A stretch of DNA of 63,092 nucleotides, the filler included, from Collodictyon triciliatum (lineage: Eukaryota), in NCBI GenBank assembly GCA_043381765.1. It is 8 parts of 8 records of this genome, joined end to end, with 100 filler letters (N's around TTAATTAATTAA, not from the genome) between each part and the next. Parts side by side here need not be neighbours in the genome. Positions count along the whole stretch, not along the records: positions 40,803 to 49,608 come from JBHJMP010003272.1; positions 49,709 to 58,513 come from JBHJMP010003273.1; 6 more parts are not named here. The stretch is one strand, 5' to 3'. The first letter of the stretch is position 1. Every line of letters starts with the position of its first letter. Shown piece after piece: positions 45,044 to 57,299 of the stretch. Made by a program: the position numbers and the translations under genes. Under the pieces are notes generated by a model, which was not told the origin of the DNA, did not search any database, and worked only from the letters and a program-made list of their open reading frames with translations.

Positions 45044-45116
45044 GGGGATGTAGCTCAGATGGTAGAGCGCTCGCTTAGCATGCGAGAGGTAATGGGATCG
45101 ATGCCCGTCATCTCCA
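45044..45116 (+). tRNA. tRNA-Ala, anticodon AGC
   Basis: 73-nt cloverleaf: acceptor GGGGATG/CATCTCC with G3:U70, D stem GCTC/GAGC, anticodon arm CTCGC-TTAGCAT-GCGAG, T arm ATGGG-ATCGATG-CCCGT. T7 Pol III terminator at 45123-45129. Confidence 0.97.
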
Positions 45117-45280
45117 CAAATATTTTTTGCCTACCTGCGCAACCTTCACCCAACGACAGCTGTCTTTCCCTCCCCTCTCGAGCAACCATCCACCCACCGC
45201 GAATCTCCAGCGAAAGACAGGCGGACGGGAGCGGGGCAGAGCGCTGAGCTACACTTTGTTTATTTTGGGGCGCAGCAGCC

Positions 45281-46085
45281 TTACTTCTTCTTGGCAGCCT
45301 TCTTTGCGACGGCAGCAGCAGCGGCCTTTGCGGCGGGGGCAGCGGCGGCAACGGTGACGGGGGCACCGGCGGCACGCTGGGTCTTGCGGGTGCGGGCAGC
45401 CTTGTTCTTCTGGCGGCGGGCCTCGGCCTGGTCGGAGAGGGTCTTCTCGCGGGCCTTCTCGGCCTTGGCGCGGTGGATGTGCTCGACGAGGACGCGCTTG
45501 TTCTTGAAGACGTTGCCCTTGCACTTGAGGTAGAGCTCGTGGTACCTGCGGCGTTATGGGCGGGCGGTTGGACTCTGTGGGCCGGCGAAACAGCAGGGAA
45601 AGGGGAGAAGGGAGAAGGGAAAGGTGGCGCCATATGTGGAAGAGACGCAGCGGGCGGGCGCACGTACATGTGGCGGTCGATCTTCTTTGCGGCGCGGTAC
45701 TTGCGGAGCAGGCGGCGGAGGACGCGCTGGCGGCGCACCCACAGGACCTTTGTGGGCATGCGGGCGTTGGCCGTACCGCGGCGCTTACCCGTCCCGGTGT
45801 GGCGGCCTTTGCGCTTGGCCTCGTTGTTCTTGCGCACGCGCGCACGCGAGTGGACGCGCACCGGCTGGCGCACGATGTAGCCGTCCTTGACCAGCTTGCG
45901 GACATTGGCGCCTGCGTGGAGGGGGCGCGTGAGTGGCCATGCCGTGTTTGGTATCGGTGGGCGGGCTGCTTACGCGAGTGCGCCAGGGAGATCTCGCTGA
46001 CTTCGTTGGGGTCCAGCCAGACGCGGCGCTTGCCGCACTTGAGGACGGAGGCTGCCAGGCGCTTCTGCAGGCGGAGGGAGACCAT
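45281..46085 (-). CDS. RPL19: 60S ribosomal protein L19 (eL19), three coding exons
   Basis: [67 protein letters not shown]; Ala/Lys-rich tail. Very high GC3. Confidence 0.98.
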
Positions 46086-46699
46086 CTCTGGGGTGTTTCT
46101 GTGGGGAGGCGGGGGGTTGGGTGAGGTGAGTGCTGTTTGCGGGTGGAGGCACGGCTACGGCGACGGCTACGGGGCGGGTTGGCGGCTTTTGCGGCCTTGC
46201 TTGTCCGCGAGAGAGCGTGTCGTGATTGATCGGCCCGAGAGACGGACAAGGCTTCTGCCTCTCGGGAAACAGGCGGTTTTGTGAGAAGGCGACAAAGGGC
46301 CCGCGTATTCGGGGTTTACAACAGGGGTTATTGTGAGGCCTGCTCGGCCGGCAAAGGGGTCCTGCAAGGCACAGAGACCCATAGGCCGTCGGAAAGAACT
46401 CTCTCTCTCCAGGAGAAGTGAGGGAGAAAGGAAGGAAGGAAAGAACGAACGGAAAAAGGCTAAGAGGCGGGGCAAGCAAACTGTCTGCTTCAGCGGCCGT
46501 CCCAACAGATTCTTGGGTCGTCTTCGGGGACGAGGAGAGGAAACAGAAAGGGGCCCCTGGGGCGTTGTTCAGAGGCCGGCGGCTTACGTACAGGGCCGGA
46601 TGTGATGCTTCGTGTGGGCGGGGCCTCCGAGGTGGGGTGAGACAGGAAAGAGAAATTGTGGTTTGGCGAGAAAGAGGCTTTGGCCAGAGGGCAATAGAG

Positions 46700-46800
46700 A
46701 GCCCCAACATAATTATTCCGCTCTGGTTCCGGAGGCCAGCGACGGAAATGTCCCTCTCTTAATGTGGAATAATCGCTCACCGTCCGCTAGCGTTGGGGCT
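46700..46800 (+). ncRNA. Candidate structured RNA element, unassigned
   Basis: Nested helices AGCCCCAAC/GTTGGGGCT and ATTATTCCGC/GTGGAATAAT enclosing CTGGTT/GGCCAG and GACG-GAAA-TGTC hairpins. G-U pairs favour the plus strand. Confidence 0.35.
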
Positions 46801-47225
46801 ATCGTAGCGAAATATTTGAATAACCACACGGCAATTGGCATTTCTCTGAATTGCTCGAGAACATTCAATCAGCGTGCACACAATTGGTTTATCTTCAGTG
46901 TGGAATGGGACAATATGTTGTTGACCACATGCAATTAGATGGATCGAATGGGATGGCATCTTATTCATTACTATTCCTATTATTCCTCATATTCTTGACA
47001 AATGTCTACTTGTTATAGGGTATATGTATCATATAGAATAATTATTTACTCATAATAAATTAATTTCCACAAATAATCCATGTTTTTCGGATTGGGTACC
47101 AGGCAGTTCTTTCACCAACCCCACAACTGCACCCTAACCCACTTCATCCATCGTGCTTTATTCAATTAGAAACTCGGAGCACCCAATCGGGGAGGTGGGT
47201 AGACCAGAGGGACTTGCATCGGTGG

Positions 47226-49375
47226 CTATCTGCTGAATGTCAGAGATTTGTGCGACAGAATCCGAGAAAAGACCTCAATTTCTTGAGCAATATCATGCTG
47301 GTCATGAAGGCCTTCCACAAATCTGACAGGAATCGATTTCATGCCGTGAGCAAGGCCCAATATCGCACCAAGACAAGCACCTCGGTGGCAGTTCTCCCCG
47401 CCAAGGTTTGCATTGAATAGCAAGGCGCCTTCGTAATCATTCGCATATACATATGCTATGTACATCATCGCTGGAAAGGAACCTTGAATTGAACAGCAAT
47501 TGGAGAATACACCATTGATGACCTACAAAACAAAGGGGGGTTGTGATTATTGGAACTTTGTTATTGGAGGCGAGAAGAAAGGCATCCAAGTCAAAGCAAT
47601 GACAATAAAATAGGGAACGAAATCTTGCGAGTCAAATCTAGCCCATCACCAGATCTTTATATTATTTATTTGCTTTCTATTTATATTTAAAAGATATCCC
47701 AGACAAAAAATGAGAGAAAATAATGCTTAATATATACATATATTTGAGACAACATAGTGCGGCCGATGTTTTTTTTTTTCAAGCTCACCTGACTGGGAGG
47801 TAGGTTTCTTTTTACAAGACCATCCAAGTCAATTCCAATTTCACGGCATGCTTTTTGAATAGCCTGATAAAATTAAGTTCAATCACAGATGTGCAAAATA
47901 GAGTAGTTTATATTTATTTATACGTCTTTTTTTATTTAAAGTATCGTAAATTGGGGGGTGAGGTGGTGGGGGTGATGGGTCTATTAATAAAAAACAAGGA
48001 GTATATGTTTAATTTCTATGAAAAGTAAGCAAACCGATCGAATGTCTTGTCCATTCATTATGTTCAGAAGAAGAGAGCCAAATACATGGGCGTATTTGAG
48101 CAATGATAAACTTTTATGAGTCAAATACAGGTGTGTTTGGATAATTCTCTTCACGGCCTCCTCTCTATTTCACGTCATAGATCAGTATTACATGATGACG
48201 AATATTCGGGTTTAATGATCAATTCATGTAAAAATTCAAGCTCCATCAACAAATTTTACATATTGATTAGTTAGCAATATTTAACAAACCCCCTAGATGC
48301 GGATACTAAAATAACAGGTATTAGCGAGACAAGACCCCCAATGGTAGCTGTGTACATCGTTTCATTTCCTGCACACTCTCTGGTATAATTTTTTTTCTCG
48401 TTTGTGTAATTCACTTTAGGATGTACCATTTTTAGGACAAGCAGAAAGTTACAAAAATTAAACATAGGAGACGCACCTTGGGTCAATCCCGGCAGCATAT
48501 CTAGCAAAGAAAGCGCGGTGAAAGCTCTCTGCATAAGTGTCGTTGTGGGAATTTGGAGTTGTCATGAATCGGATGTAAGATTCCAGGAATTTATCAGAAT
48601 CATATTTCCCCCTCGAGTTATTTAGGGTTCTGATGAGGACTCGAGTTACAAGTATATTAAGAGTATTCTGGCCAGCTTGCATCCCTATACACAATTATGG
48701 TATTGCTTTATTTTATACTATATTTAGAGTTATATAAGAATATGCGAAATAGTTGTATCGTATATATCACTTTGTTAATGTTTAATAATTCACATCCATG
48801 TGATCCTCTTCAAAAGAAGGCGCTGAGCTACCTTGATGATAATGAAGGTTTGGCATGTACCAAAATCTTTTCTTTCCGTGTAGTATGACAGAGCCGACAA
48901 TATTTCCATCCCTCGAACCGCGGCCTGGGCCTCCTGTGTTGCTTTGTTGCATGATGCTTGTCGGGTGGAAGTCCAGAGGGGCGAGGTAATCAGTTATGTT
49001 GCCATAATGTCTAAATTGTCAATCATTTGGAGCATGTCCAAATACCACAGCGGATCAAAAAAAGTTGTTATTAGTGAATTGTAAATACAAAAACAAGTAG
49101 AGGAGGAAATGAAGAAATAACAGAAGGATGCGCCAATAGCTTTAATAAAACTGAGTGGTTATCTAGCCGGCCCGCGTAAGTCATTCGAACACAGTGGCTT
49201 GAGAAGATAGTAATTGTTTTCTTTTTCTGTAGAGCATATATCGAGTTATTTATATAAATAAGGAAAACCTGGCTTGTGAACCGTCGTAAATCCAGTGTGT
49301 TGGCATAGAAAGTGCATCTGCGATGAATACGGACCAAAGTGAAGCCCTAATTCTGTCGTTCTGTGGTAGATTCAT
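47226..49375 (-). CDS. ADP-ribosylglycohydrolase family protein
   Basis: LWSVFIADALSMPTHWIYD, HYHQGMQAGQNTLN, YIRFMTTPNSHNDTYAESFHRAFF, LLFNANLGGENCHRGACLGAILG...IP; multi-exon, complete. Confidence 0.9.
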
Positions 49376-49507
49376 GATCGGATATGGGGGGACTGAGTGA
49401 AGTCCGATTATATGGGCTTCTATTAATCTATTGTCAAAATCATCACTATCCGTCAGGAAAGAGAATTTACTCGGGAAGCCAAAACTCCAATGTAACAGAG
49501 GACTATA

Positions 49508-49608
49508 CAAAATAAAAAAGAATAAAAAAGAATAAAAAAGAATAAAAAAGAATAAAAAAGAATAAAAAAGAATAAAAAAGAATAAAAAAGAATAAAAAAG
49601 AATAAAAA
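49508..49608. repeat. (AATAAAAAAG)n tandem repeat
   Basis: 10-nt unit repeated about ten times. Confidence 0.93.
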
Positions 49609-49797
49609 NNNNNNNNNNNNNNNNNNNNNNNNNNNNNNNNNNNNNNNNNNNNTTAATTAATTAANNNNNNNNNNNNNNNNNNNNNNNNNNNNNNNNNNNN
49701 NNNNNNNNAAGAAAAAAACACAAATATATCTTTGAAAAAAAAAATTTTTGAGGAGAAATTATTTTTTTGATAAATAAGCCAACATTTCCATCATCTT

Positions 49798-49817
49798 ACA
49801 AAAAATTGAAAGGAAGA

Positions 49818-49890
<73 letters not shown>
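49798..49890 (+). mobile_element. Family A retroelement 3' end with about 70-nt poly(A)
   Basis: ACAAAAAATTGAAAGGAAGAAT(A)n matches the 6441/60820 core. No clear target-site duplication. Confidence 0.6.
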
Positions 49891-49891
<1 letters not shown>

Positions 49892-50199
49892 ATTGACCAG
49901 ACAAATTTGAGGTTTCCATCGTCCTGTCTGCAGTCCGCCTCTCGTCCTAGAAAAAAAAATGTCGATTTTTGATATATCTGAATTTTTTTTTTTTCAAAGC
50001 GCAATGGTTTCTTAATCAGGCTCCAATTAGAGTATGATGGTTGGTTTATCCTCCTGGATAAAAATCTTCACTTATCCGCATTCAATATAACCTCGGTCTC
50101 CAGTATGTTTGCCAAAAAGCCAACACAGTGAAGCATGGTTAGTTATATTAGCGATCTAAAGTTAGAGTAAAAGAGGATGAGACTTAGTTGAAGTTTTTT

Positions 50200-53100
50200 T
50201 TAAAGAGATGTGGTTGCATCATTAAAATCTTTCATTTCTTTTTCTTTTTTTGGGAGTGTCCATTTGTTTTTCATGTAATGGGTGGCAGATGATTCCATCA
50301 CAAATGTGTAAATCGGCTGCGCAAAAGTCTCTATTTTCCCCACAAAAGACATAAGCAGAGCAGGCCCAGCTTTCAGCATAGAAACAATTGCAATCAGCGC
50401 ATTCAACAAAACAACCAGTGTGATGAGTATATATTCAGCAACCAAACTAAGGTTGGTATATCTGAATAGAAGGCTTGTCATCAAAGTGAAGTAAAGAACT
50501 GATATTGAGTAAAGTTGCGACTTCCTGAGCACATTAGACATGAATGGCTTGAAATAAAATGATGCTGAGATGATTATTAAAAGTAACCATAGTCCAAAGT
50601 AAATTTGCAAGGCCGATGTAAAGAAAATGCTGATTAAAACGACGAGTAGCTTTTGCATCATAGTAACTATTTCCCAGTAAAAGCATTCTTCAGTGTACCC
50701 ATCAACCAAAAATCGGAGTAAGTTGTAAGTGTTTGAAGCTGGATTAATCAGTGATGACCTTTTGTAAAACATGTATGCAGCTATAATAAGCGGGCCACAA
50801 ACGCAATACAGTATCACGTAAACCAGAGCAATATTTTTCCAAGCGAGGTAATTTGCATCATCACACATTATGGACATGTCAGCTTTTAAGTAATTTTCAT
50901 CACCAAATTTATCGCAACGAAATATGTTTGATATTGACGACATAATTGTTGGGTGAACAAAGAATAGCATGACCAGCATGGAAAAAATAAACTCTTGGTT
51001 CAATTTGAAGAAGGTAATGTCTCCACTATTAATTTGATTGGTTTTTAATTTCCACGCGGTTTTGACTGTTATTACAAAGAGAGCAACTCCTATCAAAATC
51101 AGAGGGGTTATCATCGAATAAAATACCTTATCATAAATTGTCATTTCAAATCTACATTCCATAGGGTACGTGTCTATTGAAAGAGAAAATGAGAAGAGAG
51201 CTGGAATTTTCATGATTGAGAATATAGTGGAACTCCAACCGACATCAAAATTGGCCAAATAAGATAAAATCTGAAAATGTGATGCAAGGGTTTTTAATAT
51301 CTGTATTTTTGCTGTCTTGGGTTGTCTTGATTGCTCTATCATAAAGAAGACGAAAACAAGAGGTGCTGCAACGCTAAGAAAAACCAAAAATCCACTTGTT
51401 CCTTGGTTGGGGCACTTGGTGCAAAAAATTCCTGTTTTTCCAAATCCTTTTTCACAAGCACCACACAAAGCCCCGGTATATCCTTCAGCACATGTATTGT
51501 TTCCTGAATTGCAGGCATCCTCATTCAAACATTTATAGGCAATATATTCCCCATCTGAACTTGGTGCCTGCCAATAGCCTGGTGCGACAATCGGCTGGCT
51601 ACTTCCGTCACAGGTAAATCCTGTTGGACAGTCTCTGCATTGCTTGTTCTTTGAGTCAAGGTATGTAAATGGAAGACACTTACATGCTTCAATGGACACA
51701 GAGCCAGTCATATTTGTGAATGAATTTATTGGACATTCTTTGCAAAAGTTTTGTTCAAAGTTATCGTTATAAGTGCTTGGTGGGCATTCATAACATTTTT
51801 TTTGCTTTTCGTACCATCCAAGTTTGCATTCACAAGTGTAATTTTTCAACTCAAACCCAGAACTACAAACACAGTCTGAAGAATTTGTCGATCCATTATT
51901 TATAGTGGTAAATTTATCTTCACACAAAAAGCAAAAGTTTGTATCATTTGCAGGTTTGTATGAACCAATTCTGCAGGGAACACATTGGTTTCCATCCTCA
52001 AATTGCCCTGGAAGACAAGTACAAACTCCATTAAATAATACATAGGAATAGATACACTCACATTCGTCAATTGATTCAGCGCCTATTTCTGTGGTTGTCG
52101 AGCGTGTGGGACAAGAGTTGCATGATGAGCTTCTCTCTGAGCTGTAACTTCCAATTGGACATGAAATGCACGATGATTGGTTTAATGAACCTGTTTTATT
52201 ATTGAATGTTCCAGCTGGACATGATTTGCATGACGCCTGACCTTCTACATCAACCCATGTACCTTTTGGACATGCAGCACATGACTCGCTTCCATTTGAG
52301 CCAGATTTTGGGTTGAATGTGCCTTTTGGACAAGCTTGACACTTTTCACATCCACTACCATCTAAATCAGATGCAAAATATCCTGGGGAACACTCTGCAC
52401 AAATTGAGCTACCTCTAACACTGTAGCTACCTGGTGGGCATGTATTGCATGAAGATATTCCAAATGAACCCTCCACATTATTGAATGTCCCAGCCGGGCA
52501 TGAGGCGCATGCGATTTTCGATTCATCTCCATATGTCCCAACAGGGCATTTCAAGCAAGAATTTGCACCTGTAGCTCCATAAGTAGTGCTGTGAGTTCCG
52601 TTGGGACATATCAAACATTCTTTTTGACCTTCAAGATCATTATATTTTCCAGGGGGACACAAATCACACACAAGCGTTCCTGGGGCTGATGAATATGTTC
52701 CCAGAGGGCAATTTTGACAGTTTCCAATGCTTGAAGAGCCTATTTTTGTATTATATGTACCTGCTGGACATAGTTCACATGATAAAGAGTTTGTCCTGTT
52801 CGAATATTGTCCAAAAGAACATGGATAGCAGAATTTTTGTCCGCTTGAACTTGAGTAAAATCCAATGGGACATTCGTCACATTTATCTTGTCCTGAGAAA
52901 CTATTAAAAGTCCCTGGTTCACACTCAATGCAAGATGATGAACTGTTGCTTTTTTTCATAGGATTGTATGTTCCAGAAGGGCACATAGTACATTCTGATT
53001 GACTGAATTTGCTATTGAAATATCCAGCAGGGCATTCAAGGCAGCTCTTCCTTCCTTCATCGGTGTTATAGGTTCCTGGTTCACACTGACTACATATAGT

Positions 53101-54519
53101 CTGTGCCTTTTTGTTATTGAATGTACCTGGTTCACATGGTAAACAATCATCTAGAGAAGAAGATCCATTTAGAGGGTTGTATGTTCCAGCTGGGCAGGAA
53201 ATGCATGAACCAACACTTGTAGATCCAATGGATGGATTATATGTCCCAGCAGCACACGAAATACATGTAGTTTGACCAATATATGGGTTATATGTTCCAG
53301 TTGCGCACAATAAGCATGATGGTTGACCAAGCGTTGGATTGTATTTACCAGCTGAGCATGGAGTACAAAATGATGTTGCTCCAGAACTATCGCTTCCTGC
53401 TGGGCATGATCGACAAGATTTGGATGTTGAATCATAAAATAGACCACTGTTACAAAGTCCCCATATTTTGATTGTATTATCAATCTCATCATACACATAT
53501 CCCCCTCCAGAAACAATTTTTGAACCATCAGGAGCAACACCAATACCATTAACATCATTTTTGTGACCAATCAATGTGCTTGTTAAAGCTCCATCAGAAA
53601 CATTCCATATTCTTACTGCGGTGTCATAACTTCCCGACACAATTTTTGAACCATCGGGAGTAACAGTAATCACGCGAAAATTAGTAAATGATATAGTTAA
53701 TGTACGGACCAAAGCCCCGTCAGATAGATTCCAAATTTTGATTGTACTATCAGCGCTTCCAGAAACGATTTTCGAGCCATCAGGAGTAACAGCAACGCTA
53801 TTAACACTATTCATATGGCCAGTTGTTGTACGAACCAAAGTTCCGTCAGATAGATTCCAAATTTTAATTGTATTATCAGCGCTTCCAGAAACGATTTTCG
53901 AGCCATCAGGAGTAACAGCAACGCTATTAACACTATTAATATGGCCAGTTATTGTACGAACCAAAGTTCCGTCAGATAGATTCCAAATTTTAATTGTATT
54001 ATCAGCGCTTCCGGAAACGATTTTCGAGCCATCAGGAGTAACAGCAACGCTATTAACACTATTAATATGGCCAGTTAATGTGCGAATCAATTCTCCATCA
54101 GAAAGATTCCAAATTATTATTGTATTATCAGTACTACCAGAGATAATGTTCGAACTGTCAGAAGTAACAACAACGCTATTAACACTATTATTGTGCCCAG
54201 TTAATGTGCGAATCAATTCTCCATCAGAAATATTCCAAATTATTATTGTATGGTCATCACTCCCGGAAATAATTTTCGAACTATCATGAGTAACAGCAAT
54301 ACTGTTAACCCAACTATTGTGGCCAGTTAATGTGCGAATTAGGAAATCATCTTGCCCTTTGACCTCAATAACTTTGCAGTGGAATATAAATCCTAGAATA
54401 AATGATTATGAAAAAGAGTTCTTTTGATCGATTAAGATAATCATATGTTCATGTAATTAAAAGGAACATAACGCACCTAGTAACAAAACAGCTGGAATGA
54501 ACCGTATGTTGATTACCAT
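50200..54519 (-). CDS. Signal peptide + 7 WD40 + GCC2/GCC3 (ephrin-receptor-like) Cys-rich repeats + about 7 TM receptor-like protein
   Basis: Exon 1 (54519-54477) and exon 2 (54392-50200) join in phase 1: MVINIRFIPAVLLLGFIFHCKVIEVKG-QDD, seven GH...W blades, many CxxCPxGTY repeats, CAEGYTGALCGAC, then hydrophobic helices with YLKADMSIMC and YTEECFYWEIV motifs. Confidence 0.9.
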
Positions 54520-57299
54520 TCTACTAGTAAATTTGATGTGTATTTCAAGTTAAAAATGTCATCTCTTTCGAATGGGTTGTTATTTTTTATGATTTTTATG
54601 ATTTTAACTTTATATTTGCAGTTTTTATTCTCCCTTTCAATTTTTTTGTTTCATACTAACAATATTAATATATCTAATTAAAAAAGAATTTGATATTGAT
54701 TCAGATATGGATGAGAAAAGGGTAATTATAGAATATTTTAACAATATATATGCATATCAGATGAAATGTCCAGGCAACGAAATTTTGATTCAGACTTTTT
54801 CATCGAATGAGCAATATCATCAGTTTTATGGCTTTTGCATGCCAGTGTCATCATTTATATACATAGAAATGATAATGAAAAAAGTATTAATATATAAATG
54901 ATGAAAATCAGTTAGTAAAGAGATATTTCATTAAATTTAAAATGCTACTTTAGACTCTATATAAGCAAGTGTAGCCTGATAATAGATTACTCAAATACTG
55001 ATATGTATATAACATCACGCAATTATGATTTTTCAAGTTTCAATTGATTAATTTTTCCTTCATTCTTCAAATAAGCTTCAATTGATAGATATAAACTACC
55101 AGTACCTCAATGTAATAATTATATCATTATTAACTAGGTTGGCTATAATTTTATCAACTATATTTGTACACAAAAACTTAGTCATTTGAGTCACACATGT
55201 CATAATAATACTTTTTTGTCAAGTATTATTATTCGTAGAGTATTTAATAATTTTTCAAATCATTCATATTAATCGACTGAGTAATTCATAAAAATCAATG
55301 GGTTTTTTTTGTAGGGAGGATTAAATATATAATTTTTGATTCTATGTCCAAGATGCGGTTCCATGTTAGTTACTATTTTCTTCGGTCCTTGTAGGTTCGT
55401 GGGTATGAACCCTGAATCCAAGGATATGACCAAGCTGACCTGTACTTGATTACGACTCTCGTCACTGTAGTATATCCAAGGTGCAATAACTACTTCCGAC
55501 CACCTTTAAATAGAATGAAGAAAAGAAGACATTTTGGACTTTATAGAAAAAATTTAATCACAAGCCCTCTCCCCTTAAATAGGATAAAGGGGAAAAAATA
55601 TCAGATATGTGGACATTATACCGAAATTGTACATATGTATAAACATTATAAGAGGTAAAATTATTATTGTAATTTTTGAGAATAGTCCAAACCATGCCTT
55701 AATACCACGTATAATTTAATTTTCTGTCCGGACTTAATTTTTATCTCAGAGAAACTTCCTTAAAGCTTAAAAATTAATTTTTGAATTAAATGCATCTATT
55801 CATTCTCCAAAAATGAACAAAAGTGTATTTCGAATATTCAGTAAAGTATATAAATTCAACATGTTAATCTTGTGTTATTGTAATAAAATTTAATTTGATA
55901 AATTGAAAATGATAAAATATTCTATAATTTATTGATGAATTATTCATATTTTAATTTTTTTTTACCTTGATTATATTCAAATTTCAAGAAGGTTAACCGC
56001 CTCACATTTTTGTCTTCATTTAGACATGGAAATTCTATTCTGATAGTTGGAAATGTTCCGAAAAAAAAAAAGAGTCAATAAATTGAACGTGTGTACCTTT
56101 ATGCCTTATTCACTTTTAAGTTTTACTTCAATTTTATTTTCAGCATACAAAAGTTAATTTTTTTATCTTGATTTATAGCTCCCTCGCCCATGAGACGTCT
56201 TTACATTACAGACAGCATGGTGAAGTTATATAAATATCTTTCCTTAATACTATCATCCGCCACATGTTTTTCATTGCTAAGACCTGTGATAAGATATGTA
56301 AAAAGGTCAAGGAGATAGAACATCACCCTCTCTCTTTCATTCAAACACAAGACCCTGTCTTTAGGTCAAACTGTATGATTCTAGGCTTGATAAACAATTA
56401 CTTCGCTAATTGACCTCCAAATAGCGCCCACGTAGATGAAGGATACCGGACATAGGCCAAAGCTCAAGCTCCTCGTCCTAAAAAATTGTAAGGGACAAAA
56501 AAAAATATCCTATTTTAAACCATGGAGGACTTATCACATGTTATTTTAAACTATGATAAAGGTTTACTAGGATAATCCAAGCAACTGTCTATATCGATTT
56601 TCTTCCGCTAAAAGCACCTTTGTATCCTTACCATATATCGTAACTGATAGAAGATATGATATCTTTAAAATAACCATGTTATTAGATCAATTTTATGGGA
56701 AGAAAAGCTAACTTGTGTGACATAATTTACTATCGCGTGAAGAAACAGTATCATGATTCGAATAAATTAATTTAAACATGTCTGATGGAAAATCTCAAAG
56801 GTGCCTTCAGATTACCTATTTTATGACCGTAGAGATCTATATCTTTTTTCCAGGTTGGTGTATGCGCGTCTTTTCTGAAAATTATAAGTAGAGTAAAATA
56901 CGACCCTTAAAGATTCAATTTATATTCTAAATAAGGATATAGAAGGAAAAAAAACTCTAAAAAAAAAATTATAAGAAATGTATGCCGGTAGGGTACATCA
57001 CCATTTCTATGCAATCGAATAAGATGTGGACGGCTTCAGTCGCAAGATATGAAATCATTCGATTTGAGACTCGCTGTTTTGCGTGATGTTCAACCTGTTT
57101 TTCCAATGGAAATGGGAGGCGCCTTTTTTTTTTTTTTTCATAGAATACAACGACTGAATTGAATGTGTGTACCAAAATGTTTGAAATGAAGAAGAGTTTT
57201 TTTTTCCCTTTATTCGATTCAAGGGAGGGAATGTTTTTAATTTATTATTTTTTTACAGTCTGACATAGCTGTGAGGAAGAATAAGTCATTCAATAATAT

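Noticed and set aside
46234-46390. H/ACA snoRNA from the hairpins CCCGAGAG/CTCTCGGG and GGGTC/GACCC upstream of RPL19
   Set aside because: H and ACA boxes are not at proper spacing with lower stems; GC-rich promoter DNA forms such hairpins readily.
45556-46710. Long overlapping and antisense ORFs around RPL19 (also near 9.1-10.4 and 12.6-13.2 kb)
   Set aside because: Expected shadows of very GC-rich sequence; no recognisable domains.
47137-47200. SECIS element in the ADP-ribosylglycohydrolase 3' UTR (SelJ analogy)
   Set aside because: No ATGA/GA quartet on the mRNA strand, pairing is worse on that strand, and the CDS has no in-frame TGA.
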